Assembly (NCBI GenBank): GCA_965279515.1
Contig: CBDIID010000003.1
Span: 2,944,001 to 3,008,000 of the forward strand
DNA: 64,000 nucleotides
Direction: 5' to 3'
Source: Turneriella sp.
Lineage (GTDB): Bacteria; Spirochaetota; Leptospiria; Turneriellales; Turneriellaceae
Under the pieces are notes generated by a model. It saw only the letters and a program-made list of their open reading frames with translations, did not search any database and was not told the origin of the DNA. Every line of letters begins with the position of its first letter. The first letter of the stretch is position 1. This document shows positions 48,141-56,380 of the stretch, piece by piece. Position numbers and translations under genes: made by a program.

Positions 48141-50545
48141 AAGTATCAGCTCGTGCGTTGACTATTATATTCGCCTTAGGGGCGGTTACACAGTGTATTT
48201 TCCAGAGACCGGAGAAAAACAGCAGCTATGACGTCAACTGCGGCGGTGTCTCGATCGACAGCGCCGAAAGTTGTTTCAAGCTCGAGGTGATGGATATTGT
48301 CGCCATCGTACCGTCGACATTTACCGCGGCAAACCAACCCAAAACAATCGACTACTATTACAAAACTACGGATAACTGCAGTCGCGATCGTTTGACCGGT
48401 ATAGCCAGAGCGGATGTTGCACAACCAGGAGGGGAGGTTTGCACGAAGGTTCCGCATGCATCGAAACTTTCTGCATTGACCTCGATTGTCGTCACGTTTG
48501 TCGCCAACTGCTCAGGGCAGGGTAATTTTACCGGAAATCCCGGAGAATTTCAATCATCAGGGAATCCGACAAATGGAGCATGCAGCATCGAGCTACGGGC
48601 CGACGGGGGCTTCAAAGGTAAGAGTCTTACCACAACCGCCGTATTAAGCGTGAATATTGGTGTAACCCAGATTAATGGCGGTCAGCCGATGAACGTACGC
48701 GTATCTGACAGAGTTAACTGCGATGCTGATATCAAGACGACGTATGGATCAGGTTCGCTGATCCAATACACAGACGGGTTAACGACGGCGATGCCCGCAA
48801 CGGGTACTTGGTCTTATGTCGGCAGCGGCGGGTCTGTGGATTCGGCGGGTGTATTTACGCCAAGCGGGGCAAATGGCAATTTCTCGGGGACGGTGACTTA
48901 CACGGGCGTGACGACGAAGAACGTTACCGTTGCTTTGACTTTTCCGGTCACTATCAGTGACGGGGTATATGTAACACCAGGGGGTTCTGGAAATGGCTGC
49001 CAGAATAAACCTCAGGGTACGCTGCATTCTGGCATTGCGACAGCAAATGCGCTCTCTCCCAAAAGAACAGTCTATGCTGCGGTCGGTGACTATAGCTTTA
49101 ACTCACAGGGAGCCGGTTCGATCGCCTTACAGGAAGGTGTTTCGATACGCGGTGGCTATAACCTGACTTTTACCGGAAACCCTACACCGCTGGGGTACAC
49201 GCGTACCTGTAATGCGGCCACGATGAGCTGTCTCGTCGATACCTCGACCGTTACTGCATTCAACCGGGTAATCACCTTCGGATCCGGAATCACCGCGGCG
49301 ACGGTTGTTGACGGATTTTTCATTGCCGGAACTTCTTCGCAGAACAACGTCGCTGGCACGACGAACAGCGCGATCTATAGCACGGGGGGAACTCCCACTA
49401 TTCAAAACAACACAATATTCGGCGGAGCACCCATCAACGGTACGGGCAATTTTACGCTGGCAGCGATTGAAGCGCAATCAGCAGTCATCATTAAGAATAA
49501 TTTTATTATCGGCGGCGTCGGACCCGCCACCGCCAGCAGTTCGACGGTGCGTGCTATCTATTCCGTCAACGGCTTAAATGGCCTCATCGCCAACAATGTT
49601 ATCGATGCAGGAAGCAATGCTGCACGAACGACTACGTATGCATTGCAACTCACGAATGGTTGCCATCCGACACTGACAAACAATACGATCGTTTCGGCAT
49701 GGGGTAGCGCGGTTTTTATGGAAGACTATGGCGGTAGCGTCAATGCCTTCGACGGTAAAATCACCAACAATCTCATCGCCTGGGGGGGCACCGCTACCAA
49801 CTACGCGCTGCACGAAACACATCTGAAGGGTGGGCCTCGCTCGATAGAGAATAATGCATTTTACCCGCTCAACGGTACGGCGACAACGATGTATAACAGG
49901 GCTACGGGTTCGTCTACTATCGCCAATCTGGAAGTCTATGCGTCGACGGGTGGCAGTGACAAAACGCGCGGTAATATTCTGCTACCGTCGACAGGAAAGC
50001 CCTTCGTCAATTTTCCCCGGGTGATCGACAAGACTACGGGTGCAGGGGCCACAAACACCTTAATTGTAACGGGGCCGGCCAATCTCTATAACGATAATGA
50101 TTATGTTGAAGTGAACGGTGACAATATTCCGCGTCAGGTTACCTGCGGCGGTACACCTTGCAGTTCCCTGACATTGACGATTACGAGCGGTCCGCTTGCA
50201 ACAGCAAGTACGGCGAACATGGAAGTGCGTAGCTGGGGGACAAATAACAATGCTTCCGGTACCGCCTATAACATTAACTATAATTTAGCCCTTACGCAAG
50301 GCGCTAGCGGGCTCACCGCCCAGCTTTATAACAACCTGCGTTACGGTGGTAAAGACACGTCAGGCGATGTATGTGGCGCGCCGTCGGGCGGCCCAGGCAC
50401 AGGCCCTGGCGGCGAAAGCTGCGGGCAAATCACCACGGATTTTCGGACACCGACGAGGACCGCGGTTAACGGCAACCTAGCGGATAATACAACGAATAGC
50501 GCCGTTCCCGGTGGTTATTCGATGGGTGCGAATGAGAGGGATTAA
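48137..50545 (+). CDS. Large Thr/Gly/Asn-rich surface lipoprotein with DUF1565-like right-handed beta-helix
   Basis: Lipobox VTQC, YVTPGG, VSIRGGY, repeated I.NN.I units, MGANE terminus; ATGA coupling to the upstream gene. Confidence 0.8.
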   Translation: MKVSARALTIIFALGAVTQCIFQRPEKNSSYDVNCGGVSIDSAESCFKLEVMDIVAIVPSTFTAANQPKTIDYYYKTTDNCSRDRLTGIARADVAQPGGEVCTKVPHASKLSALTSIVVTFVANCSGQGNFTGNPGEFQSSGNPTNGACSIELRADGGFKGKSLTTTAVLSVNIGVTQINGGQPMNVRVSDRVNCDADIKTTYGSGSLIQYTDGLTTAMPATGTWSYVGSGGSVDSAGVFTPSGANGNFSGTVTYTGVTTKNVTVALTFPVTISDGVYVTPGGSGNGCQNKPQGTLHSGIATANALSPKRTVYAAVGDYSFNSQGAGSIALQEGVSIRGGYNLTFTGNPTPLGYTRTCNAATMSCLVDTSTVTAFNRVITFGSGITAATVVDGFFIAGTSSQNNVAGTTNSAIYSTGGTPTIQNNTIFGGAPINGTGNFTLAAIEAQSAVIIKNNFIIGGVGPATASSSTVRAIYSVNGLNGLIANNVIDAGSNAARTTTYALQLTNGCHPTLTNNTIVSAWGSAVFMEDYGGSVNAFDGKITNNLIAWGGTATNYALHETHLKGGPRSIENNAFYPLNGTATTMYNRATGSSTIANLEVYASTGGSDKTRGNILLPSTGKPFVNFPRVIDKTTGAGATNTLIVTGPANLYNDNDYVEVNGDNIPRQVTCGGTPCSSLTLTITSGPLATASTANMEVRSWGTNNNASGTAYNINYNLALTQGASGLTAQLYNNLRYGGKDTSGDVCGAPSGGPGTGPGGESCGQITTDFRTPTRTAVNGNLADNTTNSAVPGGYSMGANERD

Positions 50546-50598
50546 GCGCTGCCCAGTATAGTTACTTTACATCCCCTTTCAGGCAGCCACACCGGCGT

Positions 50599-51351
50599 AT
50601 GAATATCCGCCTTTTTGGCATCAAATACTCGCCCTGGACCGTTCAGGCCCGCTGGGCCCTCGATCACCACGTTATCCGCTACCACTACACCGAGCACATT
50701 CCCATGATCACGAACCCGCTGATGCGCCTCGCTGCCCGGCGGTTTACTGGAAAGCTGTCGGCGCCCCTGCTCATTACACCCGACCGCGTCTACGACGACT
50801 CGTGGCTGATTGCCACGTATGCAGACCGTATTGGTCACCGTGAAAAACTTATTCCGCTGGATATGGTCGATGAGATTCGCGCATGGCATGATACCTGCGA
50901 CATCGCCAACAAGGCAAACCGTATTATCGCCACCGACGCGACAGCGCACAACGAAGATGCCAAGCGCGAAAATTTACCCGATTTTTTTCCGGAATTTACC
51001 AAGAATGTCCTGACGCCGCTCGCCGATCTGGGTGTGGCCTACCTCGGCATGAAGTATGATTTCCGCCACTCGATCATCGCCGAAGAAAAAAAGAAAACCC
51101 GCGAGGTTCTGAATAAGATCCGCAAGGCTTTAGCCGGTAAGAAATTTATCTACGATCATTTCACTTATGCAGATATTACGGCCGCGGGCACGCTCAACTT
51201 CGTGCGGCCCGTGAGTGATCGCTACGTGCAACTAAAACCGGCAATGCGGGAGGTCTTCACGCAAAACGATCTCGCCAGCGAGTTTGCCGACCTGATCGAA
51301 TGGCGCGACGCTTTATACGCCGACAAACGCGGCGAATCGCACGTGGTGTGA
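50599..51351 (+). CDS. Glutathione S-transferase family protein
   Basis: YSPW..ARWALDHH, APLL, DSW.IA, FTYADITAA. Confidence 0.88.
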   Translation: MNIRLFGIKYSPWTVQARWALDHHVIRYHYTEHIPMITNPLMRLAARRFTGKLSAPLLITPDRVYDDSWLIATYADRIGHREKLIPLDMVDEIRAWHDTCDIANKANRIIATDATAHNEDAKRENLPDFFPEFTKNVLTPLADLGVAYLGMKYDFRHSIIAEEKKKTREVLNKIRKALAGKKFIYDHFTYADITAAGTLNFVRPVSDRYVQLKPAMREVFTQNDLASEFADLIEWRDALYADKRGESHVV

Positions 51352-52499
51352 AAACAACGCCCCACCCCCTAACCCCCTCCCCAAGTCTGGGGAGGGGAAA
51401 GCATGGGCTCCCTTCCCCCAGACTTGGGGGAAGGGCCGGGGATAGGGGCGGATTCGGCAGAAATTTTCTGCTTTCTGTGATTATTTTTTCCACAACACTT
51501 TCTCCGGTTTCCTCCGTCAGCGAAATCTATTCCGGCAGCAGAAAGAAGCGGGATGTTGTCCATCCCGACCTGCTCATGCACCATCCGAAAATTACGCCCG
51601 AGTTTTTATCGGCGTTTAAACCGACGCCACTGGACTTTGAAATGGAATGGGTGATCGTCGACCAGAGTGCGCGCAAGTATCCCTCGCAGATCACCGCCGA
51701 TGACCTGAGAAAGGCGCCAACGACCAAACCCCCGGCGCGCGGCGAGAAACCGCGCATCGCCAACCGCGGCGAATTCCTGTGGTCCGAAGGGCCGAACGAT
51801 CTCGCGACTTCCAAAAACAACGAAGGCCTGGCATTCGTGCTGGCGAACGATATGGACCGCGCGCGCGAAATCTTCGAAGAGTTGCGTGCAAAAGAGCCGC
51901 AGTTTTTTCCGGGCCGCTTTAATCTCGGCCGCGTCTACCTCTACTTCAAACAGCACCGCGAGGCGATTGCCGAGTTCGAAAAATGCGCGCAGCTCGTGCC
52001 GCAGTACAGCAAGAACTATTATTACCTGGGCAAGGGGTATGAGCTCGGCGCGCAGCGTGATGCTGCTGACTACAATTACCTGCGCGCCTACCGCTACGAC
52101 ATCTATAACCTCGAATCGCTGGTGGCGCTCGGGGACTCGCTGCTCGAGCAGAAGCGCACGATCGAGGCCCTGAACACATTCAAACACTGCCTGAAGCAGG
52201 ACCAGGGTTTCAATGATGCCCTGATCGGCATGGGTAAAGTCGCGTATACGCTGCGGAAATATTACGATGCGACGCTCTGGTTCCGCAGCGTCGATACGCG
52301 GCGCACATATAAGAAAGAACTGCATTATTATTACGGGGAATCCTCATTTTATGCGCAGGATTACCAGACAGCCTCACGCCAATACCAGACAATGCTTAAT
52401 TTTCCGCAGGACGCCATCTATTCGAAAGTGTCGCTGATTCGGATGCGAAAACGGCTTGAACAGACAAAACGCCTGCTCAATCAGACGGTCGACCAATGA
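51348..52499 (+). CDS. TPR protein, probably secreted
   Basis: Many TPR motifs (FNLGRVY, YYLGKGY, ALIGMG); GTG 51348 coupled to the GST stop; N-terminus contains a REP. Confidence 0.8.
   Translation: MKTTPHPLTPSPSLGRGKHGLPSPRLGGRAGDRGGFGRNFLLSVIIFSTTLSPVSSVSEIYSGSRKKRDVVHPDLLMHHPKITPEFLSAFKPTPLDFEMEWVIVDQSARKYPSQITADDLRKAPTTKPPARGEKPRIANRGEFLWSEGPNDLATSKNNEGLAFVLANDMDRAREIFEELRAKEPQFFPGRFNLGRVYLYFKQHREAIAEFEKCAQLVPQYSKNYYYLGKGYELGAQRDAADYNYLRAYRYDIYNLESLVALGDSLLEQKRTIEALNTFKHCLKQDQGFNDALIGMGKVAYTLRKYYDATLWFRSVDTRRTYKKELHYYYGESSFYAQDYQTASRQYQTMLNFPQDAIYSKVSLIRMRKRLEQTKRLLNQTVDQ
51359..51449. repeat. Family A REP doublet (two inverted copies)
   Basis: CCCCTCCCCAAGTCTGGGGAGGGG and CCCTTCCCCCAGACTTGGGGGAAGGG hairpins with complementary loops. 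Confidence 0.85.
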
Positions 52500-53944
52500 T
52501 TAAGAAGATACTCATCGCTAACCGCGGCGAAATCGCGCGCCGTATCATGCGTACTGCGCATGCCATGGGGATATCCACCGTGGCCATCTATGAAGACGAA
52601 GACAAAACTTCGCTCTACGTGAAAGAAGCCGGTACCGCGCATTTTTTGCCCGCCGGTTTTTTAGATCAGGAGACGATACTCGACATCTGCCGGCGGGAAA
52701 ATGCGGATGCTATCCACCCTGGCTATGGCTTTTTATCAGAGAATGCCGCCTTTGTACGCAAGGTCGAAGCAGCGGGCATCACCTTTATCGGCCCGTCGGC
52801 GGCCGCGATGGACCGCATGGGTGACAAGACTGCGGCACGTCTTGAGGCAAAGGCCGCGAAGGTGCCGCTTTTGCCGGGAGCAGAGCTCGACGATGCCTCG
52901 GGCCTGAAATCTGCAGAGCGAAAAAAAATTGTTCTCGAGGTCGGATTGCCGGTTGTGCTGAAGGCCGCCGCGGGCGGCGGTGGTAAGGCGCAGGCGATCA
53001 TCGAAGAAGAGTCGGAGATTGATGCGGCTTTCGATAAAGTGCTGCGCGAGGCCGATCGGTTATACAAAAGCCAGGCATTGGTGGTCGAACGTTACCTGCT
53101 CGAGGCACGGCACGTCGAGGTACAGATTCTCGGCAATGCCGCAAAAAAGAATTTTTCGCTGTTTGATCGCGACTGCAGCGCGCAGCGCAACAACCAGAAA
53201 ATTATCGAAGAGGCCCCCGCGCCGAATCTGCCCGACAAGGTGCGGGCATCGCTACACGCTTCAGCGGTTCGTCTGGCCGATCATGTGGGTTACGCGAATG
53301 CCGGTACGATGGAATACCTGTATGATCCCAAACGCGAAGAATGTTATTTTCTTGAGATGAACACGCGCCTGCAGGTGGAACATACAGTGACCGAAATGAT
53401 CACGGGACTTGACCTCGTGCGCGAGCAGATTTTGGTTGCGCAGGGTGCGACAACGGATTATTCTGGTTTAAAGATCAATGGGCACGCGATTCAGGCACGC
53501 ATCTGCGCCGAGAAGAGTGATGGCAGCTACCAGCCTTCAACGGGTGAAATTGTGCAGTATATTGAACCTATGGGTTTGGTCCGCATTGATACCGGCATCG
53601 CCGTGGGTTCGGTGGTCTCGGGCAAGTACGACAACATGCTGGCAAAACTCATCGTACACAGCGCCGATCGCGACACAGCGATTCGCCTGCTCGTCGAAAA
53701 ACTCGCAGAATACATTATCAACGGCATTCACACAAATATTCCGCTGCTGCGCCATTTGCTGAAAGATGAAAAATTCCGCGCGGTGACGCATTACACGCGT
53801 TATCTGCAACGCGAGTTCACGCCGCCCGTGAACGACCCCGAACGCGCAGCTTCGATTGCCGCCATCGTGCTCTATGAACTCGAAAAGCGGGAGAGTGAGC
53901 GGCGTTATGGCGCGCTTGCGGGATTTTCCAATACGCGTGCTTAG
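52496..53944 (+). CDS. Biotin carboxylase subunit of an acyl-CoA carboxylase (no fused biotinyl domain)
   Basis: IANRGEIA, HPGYGFLSEN, GGGGK, FLEMNTRLQVEH; no MKM motif. Confidence 0.92.
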   Translation: MIKKILIANRGEIARRIMRTAHAMGISTVAIYEDEDKTSLYVKEAGTAHFLPAGFLDQETILDICRRENADAIHPGYGFLSENAAFVRKVEAAGITFIGPSAAAMDRMGDKTAARLEAKAAKVPLLPGAELDDASGLKSAERKKIVLEVGLPVVLKAAAGGGGKAQAIIEEESEIDAAFDKVLREADRLYKSQALVVERYLLEARHVEVQILGNAAKKNFSLFDRDCSAQRNNQKIIEEAPAPNLPDKVRASLHASAVRLADHVGYANAGTMEYLYDPKREECYFLEMNTRLQVEHTVTEMITGLDLVREQILVAQGATTDYSGLKINGHAIQARICAEKSDGSYQPSTGEIVQYIEPMGLVRIDTGIAVGSVVSGKYDNMLAKLIVHSADRDTAIRLLVEKLAEYIINGIHTNIPLLRHLLKDEKFRAVTHYTRYLQREFTPPVNDPERAASIAAIVLYELEKRESERRYGALAGFSNTRA

Positions 53945-54542
53945 ATTTTTCGCCGGAATTTGCCCGGCTGTATTTTTGATTTTCTTCGGCTGTGCCACGC
54001 TGGGCAGCGGTGTCGGCGAAATCGATTCGACACCCCTCACCGATGAGTATAAAAAATTTCGCGGCAAGAAGCGTCTGCTCTATATCCAGAATTTTGACAA
54101 CCGCACCTATTCGCCGCAGCTGACGGGAAGGCTGAAGGAGAAGCTACAGTTTGCCTTCGCCCGCAGTGCTTCGCTCAATGTCATCACAGAAAAGAACGAA
54201 GCCGACCTGATACTCTACGGGAAAATTGAGCTTTACGCCGAAGAGCCCGGCGTCTATGACCGGGGATCGATGCCGCTGACTTACAATCTGACGATTATCG
54301 TCTCGACAAGAATGCGCGCGCGCGAGCGGAATATCCCTGCGAAAACCAAAAAAGCCGAAAGCGAATCCGAGTCGATGTATGAGCAGCATGACATCCGCTA
54401 TATGACAAGCTACAATGTCGGCGAACCGCTCTTTGAAACGCGCTACATGGCTGAAGAGCGCATGCTCGACGGCCTCGCCGACCGCATCGTGAATGCGATG
54501 TATGAGCCGGCGAGCCTCAATGCCGGGGAAGTGCAGAAATGA
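53937..54542 (+). CDS. LptE-like lipoprotein
   Basis: Lipobox FFGC; YIQNFDNRT..P.L, AD.IL.G.I, LADRIV pattern; GTG start at 53937. Confidence 0.65.
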   Translation: MLRFFAGICPAVFLIFFGCATLGSGVGEIDSTPLTDEYKKFRGKKRLLYIQNFDNRTYSPQLTGRLKEKLQFAFARSASLNVITEKNEADLILYGKIELYAEEPGVYDRGSMPLTYNLTIIVSTRMRARERNIPAKTKKAESESESMYEQHDIRYMTSYNVGEPLFETRYMAEERMLDGLADRIVNAMYEPASLNAGEVQK

Positions 54543-55000
54543 TTCTCGCAACCCTGTGTTATGTGCGGGTGGGTGGCAAGACGCTGATGATGCACCGGAA
54601 CAAGCGGGCCGACGATGTGCATTTGGGAAAATACAACGGGCTCGGCGGCAAGTTCGAACCGGGCGAGTCCCCTGAAGAGTGTGTGATCCGCGAGGTGCTG
54701 GAAGAGAGCAATCTGACGATTGAGCCCCACTTGCGGGGAGTCCTGACCTTTCCGCAGTTCGCGAAGGGCCGTGACTGGTATTGCTTTCTCTATACTGCGG
54801 AAAAATATTCGGGCGAAGTGAAAAAAGAATGCCCCGAAGGCGACCTGGTTTGGGTGCCCAATGAAGAAGTTTTGAAGCTTCCGCTGTGGCCGGGAGATAA
54901 GATTTTTCTCAAATGGTTAGAGCAGCCGAAGTTTTTTTCGGCGAAGTTTACGTATGAGAAGGGCAATCTCGTAGATCATGAGGTAACCTTTTATGATTAG
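54539..55000 (+). CDS. NUDIX 8-oxo-dGTP diphosphatase (MutT/MutX type)
   Basis: GGKFEPGESPEECVIREVLEE Nudix box; ATLCY, EGDL.W, LW.GD. Confidence 0.92.
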   Translation: MILATLCYVRVGGKTLMMHRNKRADDVHLGKYNGLGGKFEPGESPEECVIREVLEESNLTIEPHLRGVLTFPQFAKGRDWYCFLYTAEKYSGEVKKECPEGDLVWVPNEEVLKLPLWPGDKIFLKWLEQPKFFSAKFTYEKGNLVDHEVTFYD

Positions 55001-55020
55001 ATCGACTGGCTTGTATGCCA

Positions 55021-55077
55021 AACCCCACCCCGCCTCTGGCACCCCTCCCCTAATAGGGGAGGGGTTGGGGGAGGGGT
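55021..55077. repeat. Family A REP element
   Basis: ACCCCACCCC...CCCCTCCCCTAATAGGGGAGGGG...TTGGGGGAGGGG. Confidence 0.75.
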
Positions 55078-55078
55078 A

Positions 55079-56380
55079 ATGTCCGAACAGGAAAAACTCA
55101 CGACCTCGGCATTCGGCCGCTTTCTCAAAATGGGCGCCCTCGCCGGCCGGGTCGGCTTTTCACTTGTGGGTGAAAAAGCGCTCGGTCTCTTTCTCAGCGA
55201 AGATTCGCACGAGATGCGCATGGCAAAATCCTGGGCAAAGAATGCCGAAAAAATTGCCGAGACTTTGGGCCGCCTCAAGGGTGGTGCGATGAAGATCGGC
55301 CAGATGCTTTCGGTTCAAGAGGCGCTCCTGCCTAAAGAACTGACTTTCGTGCTGAAGAGCCTGCAACGCAATGCACCCACGGTTGCAGCGAACGTGATGT
55401 TCGAGACGCTCGACGGGGATATCCCGCACTGGAAAAGCCTCGTGCGTGAAATCGATCACAAACCCCTCGCAGCGGCGTCGATCGGGCAGGTGCACCGCGC
55501 AGTCATGAACGACGGCCGCGAAGTCGCCGTGAAGATACAATATCCTAAAATCGACCAGGTGATTTTTTCCGATCTCAAGAATCTCCGTCGTTTGTTTGAG
55601 ATGATCCTGGAGACGGTCATGTCGTCTAACCTCGACCACCTGTTTGCCGAAATCGAAAGCCGTTTGAGTGAAGAGGTGGATTACCGCCGCGAGGCGAAGC
55701 GGATTGAAGAGTTCCGCGCCTTCTATGCCCCGCGTGAAGACGTGCTTATACCCGAACTGGTGCCCGAGCTTTCGTCGCAGCGCGTTCTGACCACAGCGCT
55801 GACTCTCGGCCTTTCGATCGAAGAAGCCCGCACGCACGACCAGGGCCGCAAAGACGAATGGGGCAAGCTGCTGTTTCGGGCACTGGTCGAGCAGTTGCTG
55901 GTTTTCCGGAAATTGCAGTCCGATCCGAATCCAGCCAATTACGCCTTCTGCGCCGATGGCAAGATTATCCTCTACGATTTTGGCAGCATAAAGGAACTAC
56001 CAGACTGGCTGCACGGCGGTTATATGGATGTGCTCGCGGCCTGCCGCGAAGACCGTTTTGGCGATATCCGCGACATTGCCACGCGCATGCATGTGAGCAT
56101 GAAGAACGGCGACCCGGTGCCGCAAAAACATGTGGATCTATTCCACGAAGCGCTGGCGCCCGTGTTCGTGGAACGGCCGTATCGTTTTAACACCGAACGC
56201 GATCCGATCAAGAAAATTGTCGCCTTCAACCGCGAGAATTTCAACGAATTGAAGGATATCACGTTTCCGGGCGATGTGCTGTTTATCGACCGCGCCATCG
56301 TTGGCCTCGTTGGTAACCTTACTGCGCTGGGCGCCGAAGCAAACTGGACCGATGAACTGACGGCGGCGCTGAACGCCTGA
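55079..56380 (+). CDS. ABC1/UbiB family atypical kinase
   Basis: KGGAMKIGQ, AAASIGQVHRA, VAVKIQYP, DPNPAN, YDFG. Confidence 0.93.
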   Translation: MSEQEKLTTSAFGRFLKMGALAGRVGFSLVGEKALGLFLSEDSHEMRMAKSWAKNAEKIAETLGRLKGGAMKIGQMLSVQEALLPKELTFVLKSLQRNAPTVAANVMFETLDGDIPHWKSLVREIDHKPLAAASIGQVHRAVMNDGREVAVKIQYPKIDQVIFSDLKNLRRLFEMILETVMSSNLDHLFAEIESRLSEEVDYRREAKRIEEFRAFYAPREDVLIPELVPELSSQRVLTTALTLGLSIEEARTHDQGRKDEWGKLLFRALVEQLLVFRKLQSDPNPANYAFCADGKIILYDFGSIKELPDWLHGGYMDVLAACREDRFGDIRDIATRMHVSMKNGDPVPQKHVDLFHEALAPVFVERPYRFNTERDPIKKIVAFNRENFNELKDITFPGDVLFIDRAIVGLVGNLTALGAEANWTDELTAALNA

